Shown piece by piece: positions 18,533 through 28,314 of a stretch of DNA of 54,717 nt. Position 1 is the first letter of the stretch; every line of letters begins with the position of its first letter. This DNA comes from a virus. Location: IMG/VR virus record IMGVR_UViG_3300045988_073391, positions 1 to 54,717 of that record, one strand, 5' to 3'. Made by a program: the position numbers and the translations under genes. A model generated the notes under the pieces. The model did not search any database and was not told the origin of the DNA. It was given only the letters and a program-made list of their open reading frames with translations.

Positions 18533-18940
18533 ATGACCGAACTGCTTATAAACAATAAAGACGCATTTGAAAGTTATCGCGTCAAAATGGGTAATGGGTT
18601 TGTTGACGCGATAGATGCGCCTGCCGACTATAAGGATTATGTGTCTAATGAGTCAAGGTTGGAAAATGGCAAGCGGTGCATAATCAAGGATAGGAAAATA
18701 AAGGAACGTGAGGTTACATTGCCATTCGTTATAATAGCAAGCACAAGGGCTGAAACGAATGAACGCAAGAATGAACTTCTAAATGATATCCGTGACGGTT
18801 GTACAATTTCGATACCTATTGTGAATAATTATACTTACAAATTGGTGCCTGTCAGCTATTCTTCCTATCACGTGAACATGAAAGGTAATTTGTGTTCCCT
18901 TAAAATCAAGTTCCTTGAACCGAACCCGACAGACCGATAA
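18533..18940 (+). CDS. Distal tail protein (putative)
   Basis: First gene after the tape measure. Confidence 0.45.
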   Translation: MTELLINNKDAFESYRVKMGNGFVDAIDAPADYKDYVSNESRLENGKRCIIKDRKIKEREVTLPFVIIASTRAETNERKNELLNDIRDGCTISIPIVNNYTYKLVPVSYSSYHVNMKGNLCSLKIKFLEPNPTDR

Positions 18941-18953
18941 AACTGCACTCTGA

Positions 18954-21734
18954 ATGACATTACCAATATACAGCCCAAAGGGAGAGCTAATATACGAGAT
19001 GCCCAATATCTTCGTTGGGTGTATCGAACGCAAAGAGCTGATGAAGGAAGATTACGTGGAACTGCACTTCAACCTCGCAGAACCCGTATTCTTCCCCATT
19101 GGCTCATATTGTACGTGGAATGACAAGGTGTATCAAGTCACAGAGATACAATCACCGACATACGACAGCAACACGGGTGGTTATAAGTATGAGCTGAAAC
19201 TCGAAGCATACTACTTCGCGTGGAAGAACCGAATGTACAAGTACAAATCGGAGTACAACAACACGCTGGAGGCGTCATTCAACCTCACGGCCAACCTCGA
19301 AGAACAAGTCAAAACCCTTGTGCGCTGCCTTAACAAAGTGGAGGGCATGCGCTATAATGGTACGGACGAATACGATTTTAACGTGCCTAAGGATGACTAT
19401 GATTTGAAAAAGGTCAAAACGCAATCTTACTCGTCAGTAAACTACATTGATGCGCTGGCACAGATAGCAGAGGCTTGGGACACTGAATGGTGGGTAATAG
19501 AAAACGTGATACACTTCGGCAAATGTCAGGACGCAGAGGGAACGAATGTGGACTTTATCCTTGGCAAGAACGTTGAAAGCATGGACGGGTCTAAGAGCGA
19601 AACAGACTACGCAACGCGTGTGTATGCCTTTGGCTCATCAAACAATCTGCCTGCAAACTGGGATAAAGGTGATGTAGAGCTTACCGTCACGGGGCTGAAA
19701 GGAACAACAGACAGTTGGTATTTCAGCTCCGAATACCCTTTCTACTCCGAGTATTTTGACAAAGTAACGGAGGTAAAGGTTGAGAAGCCATCTGTGAATG
19801 ATTTTGGCACAATATCAATCGATAAGAAAACATTTTATTATTCTGATAAATACTTGGTAGGTGCTGCCAGTGGTGCTAAAACGGAGTATATCAGTATTAC
19901 AGCGAAGAACGCTGTTAAGTTAAGAGAAGGGTCTCATGAAGAACAGAAATCTGGAATCGGGTTGCTTCTATCATGGAGTACAGTCGGACCAATAGATAGT
20001 CAATGGTATATAAGTGGGCGAATATACGCGATTGTTCGTTGCGTTGACAGTGGAAAGGGTAGTGCTGTTAAAATTGGCGGAAAAGAATATGAACGTGTCT
20101 TGGCGTATAAGGAGTATTCACTCAACTTGAACGAATATGGCTCAGGCTCAGGTCAGCAATACAACTCGTATCAGTTCTGTATCCCGTCTGTAAAATTAAC
20201 TGAAGAAACTTCTGTTACGATTGAATATCTTTTAGTTTTAAGTCTTTCAGCCCGTGGGGTAGAAGGGAAGTTGTCCATATCAGATGAAAAAGCGAGCCTT
20301 GGCTTTGCAACAACGGAAGACGATTCATACACGCAAGCGGAATGCAAAATAACATTCACTAAAACGAAAAAGGAGGCAAAGGCTATATGGTATAACACCA
20401 CACAATACATCGAACCAACGCTTGACGTACATACGAGTATGTTCAAGATTGCTAAGAGCGCAATTACGCTTAAAGGTGGAGAAAAATTCACGCTCAACAA
20501 CCTTGTAACAGCGAAGCTTCCGACACACTTCTTTCCTGCAAACAAGCAAGAAGCAGAGAAAATCAAGGCCCTCGCTGAAACGCGATTAACGCTGCCATCG
20601 CCTGGATATATAGACACACAAGAGGCCAAGGACGGAGAGATTGTTGAAAAAGTGCTTGTATTCGATGACATCTACCCTCGCACTAAATCAGAAATAACAG
20701 AAGTGCGCGACAAACTGCAAAATGTAGTGGACGAGAACAAGCAGCCCACAGGCGAGAAATACACCGAATATTACATCAAGACAAACGAGTTCGTCTTTGA
20801 TAGAGCATGGCAACTGCCAAATGGTGAGAATATGCAAGTTATCTTCCAATCTGGCCCACTCTCAGGACTGACCTTTGATGTGCAGTTCAACAGTTCCGAA
20901 ACGCCCACAGAACCAACCATTGACCATCAATTTTTTCGCATTCTGAGGAAACAGTTCGATGGCGGTCTTTATCTCCCTAACAAGTCAATGCACCCCGAAA
21001 AAGGCAACGAATTTATCCTAACTGGCTGGGACAGCTCGCGAATTGAGAACCTTGGACTTATAGGCGAAGCTCAAGAAGAACTTGCAACGGAAACGCAGAA
21101 GCAAATCAAGAAAATGATGATTGACCCGAATACCTACGAATGTACCTTGTTTTCGGATATAGCGTATGGTGTGAGGGAAAAAACAAACATTACCGATGAC
21201 AGCGGCAACACACTCGTTGACGATTATGGCAATGAGATAGTGCAAGATTACAGCGGCAGCGACCTTGACGCGAAAAACGCATGGGACTTTGACCTCGGCA
21301 GACGAGTGACAATGTATAACGCTGCACTATTCCGCAGCGGAAAGCGTGAAAGCCGCGTTATGGGCTATGAAAAGAAGATGGACATACCTTATGATAGCCC
21401 TACGTACATCATTGGAGAAAAGGCCACCTATTCCAAGTTTAAGGACTTGGAGAAGCAGATAAATAACGAAGTGAGCCTTAATATTGGCGGCAGCACACTC
21501 GTAAGCGAAGGCACATCGGGCGGAGCATCAGTCTATATCATCAAGACTAACGACACAACAAAAGAAACTGATGATAACGTGTATTCTGCTCTCCGTATGA
21601 AGAACACCTTTCTGCACAGCCGCGATGATGACAACGCGCAAGGGCTTATAACGTTTGAAGCTGGAGCAATGTTCGCAAGCGGTTACAGCGGAAATGACAC
21701 TGCCGCAGATGGTATAATAGAATATTTTGAATAA
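18954..21734 (+). CDS. Tail-tip/baseplate protein (Tal-like, minor structural protein N-terminal region)
   Basis: 926 aa, second gene after the tape measure. The N-terminus VELHFNLAEPVFFPIGSYCTWNDKVYQV is typical of prophage tail proteins. Confidence 0.65.
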   Translation: MTLPIYSPKGELIYEMPNIFVGCIERKELMKEDYVELHFNLAEPVFFPIGSYCTWNDKVYQVTEIQSPTYDSNTGGYKYELKLEAYYFAWKNRMYKYKSEYNNTLEASFNLTANLEEQVKTLVRCLNKVEGMRYNGTDEYDFNVPKDDYDLKKVKTQSYSSVNYIDALAQIAEAWDTEWWVIENVIHFGKCQDAEGTNVDFILGKNVESMDGSKSETDYATRVYAFGSSNNLPANWDKGDVELTVTGLKGTTDSWYFSSEYPFYSEYFDKVTEVKVEKPSVNDFGTISIDKKTFYYSDKYLVGAASGAKTEYISITAKNAVKLREGSHEEQKSGIGLLLSWSTVGPIDSQWYISGRIYAIVRCVDSGKGSAVKIGGKEYERVLAYKEYSLNLNEYGSGSGQQYNSYQFCIPSVKLTEETSVTIEYLLVLSLSARGVEGKLSISDEKASLGFATTEDDSYTQAECKITFTKTKKEAKAIWYNTTQYIEPTLDVHTSMFKIAKSAITLKGGEKFTLNNLVTAKLPTHFFPANKQEAEKIKALAETRLTLPSPGYIDTQEAKDGEIVEKVLVFDDIYPRTKSEITEVRDKLQNVVDENKQPTGEKYTEYYIKTNEFVFDRAWQLPNGENMQVIFQSGPLSGLTFDVQFNSSETPTEPTIDHQFFRILRKQFDGGLYLPNKSMHPEKGNEFILTGWDSSRIENLGLIGEAQEELATETQKQIKKMMIDPNTYECTLFSDIAYGVREKTNITDDSGNTLVDDYGNEIVQDYSGSDLDAKNAWDFDLGRRVTMYNAALFRSGKRESRVMGYEKKMDIPYDSPTYIIGEKATYSKFKDLEKQINNEVSLNIGGSTLVSEGTSGGASVYIIKTNDTTKETDDNVYSALRMKNTFLHSRDDDNAQGLITFEAGAMFASGYSGNDTAADGIIEYFE

Positions 21735-21739
21735 GAGAT

Positions 21740-24373
21740 ATGGCAAGATTACTTAGCACATGGTTCAACGGATTTGTAGGGAGCGCAAGAAGTACTGGAA
21801 ACAAGGTGCTTAACGCTTTCGGAAAGGTGGTGTGCGAGATGCAAGAATACTTTGCTTCGGACTTCATGGGCCATGGGTGGAAGATATTCAACAGCGGTTC
21901 GGAAGAAAGCCCAGAATATACGCTTGAAATAGACAATGTAAAGGTGCGCAAAGCCTTTATTGCGCATGAGCTGATAATAGACCAAGTGCGTGCGATATGC
22001 GGCTCACTCGGAATCAGCCAGGCGTGCGGCAAGGTGAAGGAAGTAAGTCTGCGTACCGATGAACACGGAAACCAATATTACCTTATTAAGCTTGAAGGCG
22101 AAGCCACTCACGGATATGGCGGCTTTGTGAAGAATGACCTTATACGCTGCCAGCGTGTGGAGGTAGGGTCTGATGGCGTAACCAAAGGCATAAAGGGCTA
22201 CTGGGTGAAGATTGAGAGCGCAAACATGAAGGAGGGTTGGTTTACCGTCATGGCCAGCGAGTTTGTGGGCGAAATCATGCAGGAAGAAGAATCGGAATTT
22301 GTGGAGAGCAACGATGTGCCGATGAACTTGCCTGCGGCTGGTGACGAGATTGTGCAGTATGGCAACATAACCGAACCGAGCCGACAGAATGCGATATACC
22401 TCCATGCTACCGAAAACGGCGTGCCGACCATTGACTTACTTAATGGCGTAAACTCCAAGTCTTTTTCTGGCAAGATAGTTGCAAGTTTAGGCCGTATACC
22501 TGATGGTGGTGGATTTGGTTTGTATCTGCAAAATGGTACAATAATATCACTTAACAGCAATAGCGGAAAATATAATTACCATTTTAAGGAGAACGGCAGC
22601 TTTAGCCTTGGGCAAGGTGCGATAGATTACAACCCTGCAACTGGTGTTGTGACGATAGGCAGCGATGTCGTGATAAAGTGGGGTGCGAACAGCAAGAGCA
22701 ATGTAACCTATCAGATAGGCAGCAGCGGAGTTAATGCGCCAACGGGGACATGGCTAAACAGCGTGCCGCCATCGGAAGTGGGCAAATATCTGTGGACGCG
22801 CACGAAATGGCCCGATGGCACGTATTCTTACAGCGTGAGCTATATGGCCAAAGACGGTGCGCCTGGTAAAGATGGCACGGACGGGCAGGATATGCGCCCA
22901 AACTTGCTTGACTATACAGAGTTCAAGCAAGAAACGTTTGACAATGTGCCGACCACAGACAAAACTTTTGAACTGAAAGGTACGAGGTCTGACGGTTTGA
23001 ACGGACATGGGGCGGTGCAGATTGAAACTGCATTCAAAATAAATGGAGATTTGCCGACTCCTGACTCGAATGTTGATTTTTTTCAGCAAAATGTCAAGAG
23101 CCAAATTGCTCCATCAACTTGGTACACGCTATCGTTTTATCTGAAGGGTCGTGGAGTTGCAAATCCAGTATATACCTATCTATGGACATGGGCCACCGAT
23201 GGCCTTACTATGGTTGACACCACAGAGAAGATGTTCGTGGACGGCAAGGAACAAGATACTCCAAAAGACGGTGCTGTTAAATTCCAGCCAACAGCAGGTT
23301 CATGGGTACGCCACATTGTCACATTCAAGACGGCAGCCAATTTGCCAGATACTTGCCTTTGCCTGTTCCGTGTCATCTCGAAGCAAATTCCGCAAAACCA
23401 TCCGTTTGTTCCGTGTGTTTACGTTACAGAGCCGAAACTTGAAGTTGGCAAGACTGCAAGTGCATGGACGAGGAGCGATAACGATATTGCAGATATTGCG
23501 ATAGACAAGGTATCATGGGTGCGTCAGTGGGACGGACAGACCACCGAACTTGGTGCGGATTATGTGGCCGCGAAGAATGCCGCGTTTGGTACAAAGGACG
23601 CAGACGGAAAGTTTACAGGTATCGCGATGAGTGGTGAGGGCTTCGACCTTGGCGGCAAAGACACGAATGTAGTTGGGTTGTATGGTGTATATAAAGACGA
23701 ATGCCGCGTGATAATTGACCCGAAGAATGATAAGTATTGGTTTCGTGGGAATATCCTCTGCGAGAGTGGGCAAGTGAACGGGCTGCTTGTAGGTTCATAT
23801 CTGAAAGGGCTAACACAAGTTACGAATGATACGGAATGGGAAAAGGCTTTTACTCTTAAAGGAAGCTATTACAGACCGAACTTTTTCGTTATCAACCCGA
23901 TAGTAATATTGTCATACGATATAGGCGACAAAAGGACACTTTTACTCCCTCCTTATGGTAATAATGCAAACGATTATGCAGAATCCATAGCGTTTCTTGA
24001 TTATAAGTTCTATATAATAAACAAGATGTCGCAAGTACTTAATCAGAATATAATAGACATAAAAGCTGGTGTCTCGGAAGCTGGTGTCTCGGGTGCGCTC
24101 TACAAGAAGGACTCGACTATGACATCTGGAAAGAGTTCAATATCCTATTACAGACTGAAGACTGGTAAGGCTGTTATATTAACTGGCTGTATTGAAGGAA
24201 ACGGGAGTTTCTATTGGCTCGTAGAAGAAGGCAGCACGAGCAGCGACCTTGGCAGCGGCAGTATAGAAAAGCCGTCATTCAACATTAAGGATAATACGAA
24301 CATAGGACAGATGACATGGACTAAAGTACCACTGACACCTGGCCCTTCTGATAATGGAACAATAAAACCTTAA
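21740..24373 (+). CDS. Tail fibre / receptor-binding protein
   Basis: 877 aa with a short collagen-like stretch (KDGAPGKDGTDGQD). Called from position. Confidence 0.55.
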   Translation: MARLLSTWFNGFVGSARSTGNKVLNAFGKVVCEMQEYFASDFMGHGWKIFNSGSEESPEYTLEIDNVKVRKAFIAHELIIDQVRAICGSLGISQACGKVKEVSLRTDEHGNQYYLIKLEGEATHGYGGFVKNDLIRCQRVEVGSDGVTKGIKGYWVKIESANMKEGWFTVMASEFVGEIMQEEESEFVESNDVPMNLPAAGDEIVQYGNITEPSRQNAIYLHATENGVPTIDLLNGVNSKSFSGKIVASLGRIPDGGGFGLYLQNGTIISLNSNSGKYNYHFKENGSFSLGQGAIDYNPATGVVTIGSDVVIKWGANSKSNVTYQIGSSGVNAPTGTWLNSVPPSEVGKYLWTRTKWPDGTYSYSVSYMAKDGAPGKDGTDGQDMRPNLLDYTEFKQETFDNVPTTDKTFELKGTRSDGLNGHGAVQIETAFKINGDLPTPDSNVDFFQQNVKSQIAPSTWYTLSFYLKGRGVANPVYTYLWTWATDGLTMVDTTEKMFVDGKEQDTPKDGAVKFQPTAGSWVRHIVTFKTAANLPDTCLCLFRVISKQIPQNHPFVPCVYVTEPKLEVGKTASAWTRSDNDIADIAIDKVSWVRQWDGQTTELGADYVAAKNAAFGTKDADGKFTGIAMSGEGFDLGGKDTNVVGLYGVYKDECRVIIDPKNDKYWFRGNILCESGQVNGLLVGSYLKGLTQVTNDTEWEKAFTLKGSYYRPNFFVINPIVILSYDIGDKRTLLLPPYGNNANDYAESIAFLDYKFYIINKMSQVLNQNIIDIKAGVSEAGVSGALYKKDSTMTSGKSSISYYRLKTGKAVILTGCIEGNGSFYWLVEEGSTSSDLGSGSIEKPSFNIKDNTNIGQMTWTKVPLTPGPSDNGTIKP
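24064..24093 (+). repeat. 15-bp tandem duplication (AGVSE/AGVSG)
   Basis: agctggtgtctcgga followed by agctggtgtctcggg. Confidence 0.9.
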
Positions 24374-24377
24374 CAAT

Positions 24378-25772
24378 ATGGCAACAGTAAAACTCAAAGA
24401 CGTACTAAAATCGCTACCGCAGGACACGAGTCTGACGGGCAGCGAGATGGTCGTGATAAACGATAACGGGGAGAATAAATACATACCCTATTCTACGATA
24501 AAAAGCGGACTTGTCAATGCCTCAGAGCGCAGAACTTTGGCCAATACCGCAGAATGGCTCATTGCGCATGATAATGTGACTACTATTGATGCGCTGAACA
24601 AAGAACTTGACGTATTTGGTGCGGAAACTGCACAAGGTTTGCACCGCATGAAGTGTTTTGGCATTCCATTATTTGTGACGTTCGCGAATCTGAATGTGGG
24701 TGACAGCGTGTTCATGCAGACGATACAAGGCAGCATTACGTTCAACACGGCAAAGACGAGCATTGCGTCAATAAACACAGTTGGCAACTTGACTATTGCA
24801 GTTCGTTACTATCAAGGCGGCAAGTGGGGCGCATGGAACACACCGATGGCACCAATCAAGCCACCAACTGTTCAGACTTCGGTTAATGGCACAACTAAGA
24901 ACTACATTTATTCTAATGGTACTGATGCTGATAAAAACTGTGTTGCGTCATGTAACTGGTGGATTTATTCAGAAAAAGGTAGAATATATGTTCGCTGGAA
25001 AAGATGGGGTGCTGATAATAATATTCATTATGACCATGATAATGAAGAACATCAAACATCACAGTATATGATACCATATATGGGTAGTGATGGCGGCGCA
25101 TGTTATCAAGACGGACTTTTACCATGGCAATGGGGACAACGAATGAAAGACTGTGGAGTAAACTTTAGATTCATTCGAGAGGAGCAAAGTACAGCAGAAT
25201 ATGTTAATTTACGCTATCTGAATTTTGCAAATGGTGGAGCGTATGATACACCAATTTCTAAAGCCACTTCTGCCAAAGCGGGGGTGATGACGGCTGCTGA
25301 CAAGACAAAGCTTGATAATTTAACTGCCTATGCACGTGACCTTGGAAACTTTGAATCAGAGGAAGCGGCTCTTGATGCGCTTAAAGCCATTGAAATATCA
25401 AGCAACTCTAATATTGTACACGTGCTTTGCACGTATGCTAACGGAGCAATGAGTATTACAATGATGCAGAGCATTGAGAATGATTATACAAGGCAAATTA
25501 TTTTCAATAAATCAAAGGTTTTTCAACGTGCTATCTATTTTACGAATGGCACTCGACAAGAAATAAGTCATGTAGAAGATTGGGGTTGTCTTTTCGGTGA
25601 TAGATTACATTGGGACAGCGGAGAGAATAAATATGTATTAAGCCAATTTGGTTTACCTTTCAATAAGGAACATACAGACCCTATACCTACTGCAACAACG
25701 ACAAATGATGGCTTAATGTCTGCTACTGACAAGCAACTTATAGAACAAATTAAAACGAAACTTGGCTTATGA
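24378..25772 (+). CDS. Tail fibre protein
   Basis: 464 aa. Carries the motif G(V/L)M(T/S)A(A/T)DK internally (AGVMTAADKTKLDNL) and at the C-terminus (DGLMSATDKQLIEQIKTKLGL). Confidence 0.5.
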   Translation: MATVKLKDVLKSLPQDTSLTGSEMVVINDNGENKYIPYSTIKSGLVNASERRTLANTAEWLIAHDNVTTIDALNKELDVFGAETAQGLHRMKCFGIPLFVTFANLNVGDSVFMQTIQGSITFNTAKTSIASINTVGNLTIAVRYYQGGKWGAWNTPMAPIKPPTVQTSVNGTTKNYIYSNGTDADKNCVASCNWWIYSEKGRIYVRWKRWGADNNIHYDHDNEEHQTSQYMIPYMGSDGGACYQDGLLPWQWGQRMKDCGVNFRFIREEQSTAEYVNLRYLNFANGGAYDTPISKATSAKAGVMTAADKTKLDNLTAYARDLGNFESEEAALDALKAIEISSNSNIVHVLCTYANGAMSITMMQSIENDYTRQIIFNKSKVFQRAIYFTNGTRQEISHVEDWGCLFGDRLHWDSGENKYVLSQFGLPFNKEHTDPIPTATTTNDGLMSATDKQLIEQIKTKLGL

Positions 25773-25891
25773 CTAACCACATCAGCACGAAAGAATTAAG
25801 CATTTCGGCTGCGACAACCGCAAAGGCTGGGGTAATGACGGCAGCGGACAAAGAACTATTGAATAAGATAAAAGCAAAACTCGGATTATAA
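25769..25891 (+). CDS. 40-aa ORF duplicating the fibre C-terminal module
   Basis: ATGA overlap with the fibre stop. Sequence MTNHISTKELSISAATTAKAGVMTAADKELLNKIKAKLGL. Confidence 0.35.
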   Translation: MTNHISTKELSISAATTAKAGVMTAADKELLNKIKAKLGL

Positions 25892-26025
25892 TGAACAGAC
25901 TACAAGAAATAAGGATTGAGTGCGTTAAGATAGCGGCATCTCGCGGCGACATAAAGTCAGATGAGATAGTTGAAGTGGCAAGAGAGATAGAAGCCTATGT
26001 AAGAAGAAAGGAGGGCGAATTTTGA
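25891..26025 (+). CDS. 44-aa ORF
   Basis: TAATG overlap with the preceding ORF. Sequence MNRLQEIRIECVKIAASRGDIKSDEIVEVAREIEAYVRRKEGEF. Confidence 0.3.
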   Translation: MNRLQEIRIECVKIAASRGDIKSDEIVEVAREIEAYVRRKEGEF

Positions 26026-26411
26026 CTGACCTAATACAAACTATCAGTTCTATCGTTACAGGCGTAGCTATACCAGTGCTTGGCATATTTCTTTTTTATG
26101 ATGCGAAGAAACGTGAAGCTTCTGCAAAGGCAGGTAAGGCCGAGGCAGACAACATTACGCAATATGCTGCCCAATGGCAGAAGTTGTATGATGAGAAAGT
26201 GAAGCACGAAGAGGAACTGAATGGAAAGATTGATGCGCTATATGTGCAGTTGAATGAGCAACGCGATGAACTTGCACGACTAAAAAAGGAAATGGCAGAA
26301 CTGGTTGTGAAGCAGCAGTATGCGGAGAGCCAAAAGTGTACGGTGTTTGGTTGCCCAAACCGTCAGCCTCCACAACTTTTGTGTGCAAGTAGTAATCACC
26401 CTGAACAATAG
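26022..26411 (+). CDS. N-terminal TM plus coiled-coil protein (lysis-associated; i-spanin- or antiholin-like)
   Basis: Only a TTG start is available. TM segment IQTISSIVTGVAIPVLGIFLFY is followed by a coiled coil. Confidence 0.4.
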   Translation: MTDLIQTISSIVTGVAIPVLGIFLFYDAKKREASAKAGKAEADNITQYAAQWQKLYDEKVKHEEELNGKIDALYVQLNEQRDELARLKKEMAELVVKQQYAESQKCTVFGCPNRQPPQLLCASSNHPEQ

Positions 26412-26415
26412 GTCT

Positions 26416-26682
26416 ATGAGATTAACGAGATATATCACGGAACTGATACGTGTGAACAGTGGGCACAGCAGCAAGGCGTTCTTCCTTGTGGCTGTTACCC
26501 TGATAGGGTGTGTATTGTTGCTCTGTGTAGCATTTGTTCTGATATGGGAAGTTATGAACAGTAACACAATACACACTGACCTTATGGGGCTTAGTGCTTT
26601 CGTAGGCAGCGTGGCAAGTTTGTTTGTTACAGCTGGTATTACTAAGGTGTATGGCGAAAAACGCGAGAACAAAACTGAATAA
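26416..26682 (+). CDS. Holin (two TM segments, charged C-terminus)
   Basis: Internal ATG at 26416. TM1 is AFFLVAVTLIGCVLLLCVAFVLIW, TM2 is LMGLSAFVGSVASLFVTAGI, and the tail is KVYGEKRENKTE. Confidence 0.55.
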   Translation: MRLTRYITELIRVNSGHSSKAFFLVAVTLIGCVLLLCVAFVLIWEVMNSNTIHTDLMGLSAFVGSVASLFVTAGITKVYGEKRENKTE

Positions 26683-26779
26683 AAATTGGCGCGTTTCACA
26701 ACGCACCAACCCCTCAACATAACCATGTCAAAACAAAAATATTAACACCCACAAAGATAAGAAAAATAAGTTTAGACGT

Positions 26780-27295
26780 ATGGAAAATTGGAAAGAATTA
26801 GCGGCATTTGTGCTGGAGCGCGAGGGCGGCTATTGCAACAGAAAGGCTGACAAGGGAGGGCCGACTAACAAGGGTGTGACATTGGCCACTTACCGCAGTG
26901 TGTATGGGCAGAGCAAGACGATTGAGGACTTGAAGCGCATTACTGATGCGGAGTGGGAGTACATTTTTAAGAAATACTATTGGGACAAGTGCAAGGCTGA
27001 CTACATACAAGACAAGAGTGTTGCCTTTATCCTCGTGGATTGGGCCTATAACAGCGGAGTCAAGACGGCCGTGACGCACTTGCAGCGGATAGTTAAAACG
27101 GCTACTGATGGCATCATGGGCAAGCAGACCTTGCAGGCGGTAAATACGCGTAGTCCGCTGCCATTGTTCGGGGCGTTGAAGCAGGACAGGATAGCTTTTT
27201 ATAAGGCTATTGTTGCCAAGAATCCGAGCCAAAAGGTGAATTTGAATGGCTGGCTAAATCGGGTGAACCACTTTGCCTATGGAAAGTTTTTGTAA
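26780..27295 (+). CDS. Endolysin, GH108 lysozyme-like domain plus PG_binding_3
   Basis: LEREGGYCNRKADKGGPTNKGVT (EGGY...D.GG.T..G) and TDGIMGKQTLQAV. Confidence 0.85.
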   Translation: MENWKELAAFVLEREGGYCNRKADKGGPTNKGVTLATYRSVYGQSKTIEDLKRITDAEWEYIFKKYYWDKCKADYIQDKSVAFILVDWAYNSGVKTAVTHLQRIVKTATDGIMGKQTLQAVNTRSPLPLFGALKQDRIAFYKAIVAKNPSQKVNLNGWLNRVNHFAYGKFL

Positions 27296-27300
27296 AAAAA

Positions 27301-27331
27301 CTGCCACACGGAAAAACTCGTGCGGCAGTTT
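27301..27331 (+). terminator. Hairpin after the endolysin gene
   Basis: CTGCCACACG pairs with CGTGCGGCAG with one mismatch, followed by TTT. Confidence 0.4.
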
Positions 27332-27403
27332 AGGGCAACTTTAGGATGTGCCTCTTTTATATGGGAATTAAACACTGCAAAGGTAACAAATATAATCAAG
27401 AAT

Positions 27404-27880
27404 ATGCGTAGAATTAGTGGTTTTTTAATCGTAATTATCTGTGCAGTTGTCTTGCACAGCAGTTGCGCGCGCAAGGTTGCGCAGAGCATTGAGCGCACGC
27501 ACGACACGCTGATAGTGTATAAGACCGACAGCGTGATGATGCGCGATACGATTGTGACAGTTTCCAATTTGGAAACAGTGGACAGCGTGGCCGACCGCAT
27601 GACCACCTATGTAGTTGTGGACACAGCTGGCAAGGTGCTGACGAAGTATGTGTATCGCGACCGCAGCGTGTATCACAACAAGGACGCTCTTAGTGCGAGC
27701 AGTCATGTGTCATGCCGAGCACACCGCACAAACAGCACAAGCCACAAGGCTACGGTGCGTGATGCGGTGACAAAGGTGGAGAAGCCTCCTGCAAAGTGGA
27801 GGATTCGGGCCGTTGGCGGTCTGTTTATCATAGTAATAGGCGTGTTGCTCTATTACCATATATATAGTAAGTATAAGTGA
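27404..27880 (+). CDS. Unimolecular-spanin-like protein (N-terminal lipoprotein signal, C-terminal TM)
   Basis: Internal ATG at 27404. N-terminus MRRISGFLIVIICAVVLHSSC resembles a lipobox. C-terminal TM is AVGGLFIIVIGVLLYYHIY. Last gene of the lysis cassette. Confidence 0.45.
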   Translation: MRRISGFLIVIICAVVLHSSCARKVAQSIERTHDTLIVYKTDSVMMRDTIVTVSNLETVDSVADRMTTYVVVDTAGKVLTKYVYRDRSVYHNKDALSASSHVSCRAHRTNSTSHKATVRDAVTKVEKPPAKWRIRAVGGLFIIVIGVLLYYHIYSKYK

Positions 27881-27897
27881 TTTTGTTGGGTTGTTGT

Positions 27898-27940
27898 GGC
27901 AAGCATGGGCGCATGGTGATGTGTCCCGTGCTTGCCTTTG
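27898..27940 (+). terminator. Terminator closing the late operon
   Basis: GGCAAGCA (27898-27905) pairs with TGCTTGCC (27929-27936), followed by TTTG. Confidence 0.6.
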
Positions 27941-27977
27941 TGCTTAATTTTCTTACGAACAAAATCGCTTATGAACA

Positions 27978-28286
27978 ATGGAACAATTACAACAGATTTT
28001 TGATTTTGCAGTTGAAGCCGTGATGCAAGCCAGCGGCCTTGACTTTGATGCGCTTGCCAACTGTCGCTCGGAGCGGTGTGTGGTTGCGCGTGTGGTGCTT
28101 GTGGACGTGCTGATGGAACTTGGTATGAGCGAGGGTGATATTGCATTCCTTAGCGGCATGAGTCAGCAGAGGGCTAATTCGCTTAAGAATAGTGCGAGGT
28201 ACAGGCTAAAGGGGCTGGCTGCACGGGTGATGAGGGAGGAGGTGAGGAAATCCGTTTCCTTGCCAATAGCGGAAAATAATCGGTGA
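27978..28286 (+). CDS. Small HTH-like protein (DnaA domain IV-like?)
   Basis: RCVVARVVLVDVLMELGMSEGDIAFLSGMSQQRANSL. The similarity is weak and judged by eye only. Confidence 0.35.
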   Translation: MEQLQQIFDFAVEAVMQASGLDFDALANCRSERCVVARVVLVDVLMELGMSEGDIAFLSGMSQQRANSLKNSARYRLKGLAARVMREEVRKSVSLPIAENNR

Positions 28287-28314
28287 AAATATTGCTATAT
28301 CGCATGGATATTTG

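Noticed and set aside
21740-25772. A diversity-generating retroelement targeting the fibre genes.
   Set aside because: No reverse transcriptase gene and no template/variable repeat pair were seen. The only repeats are short tandem duplications and the C-terminal motif copies.
25891-26411. Programmed frameshift fusing the 44-codon ORF to the TM/coiled-coil ORF at GAA-TTT-TGA.
   Set aside because: Reaching the 26022 frame needs a -1 slip of tRNA-Phe from UUU onto AUU, which re-pairs poorly. A TTG start or separate genes is simpler.
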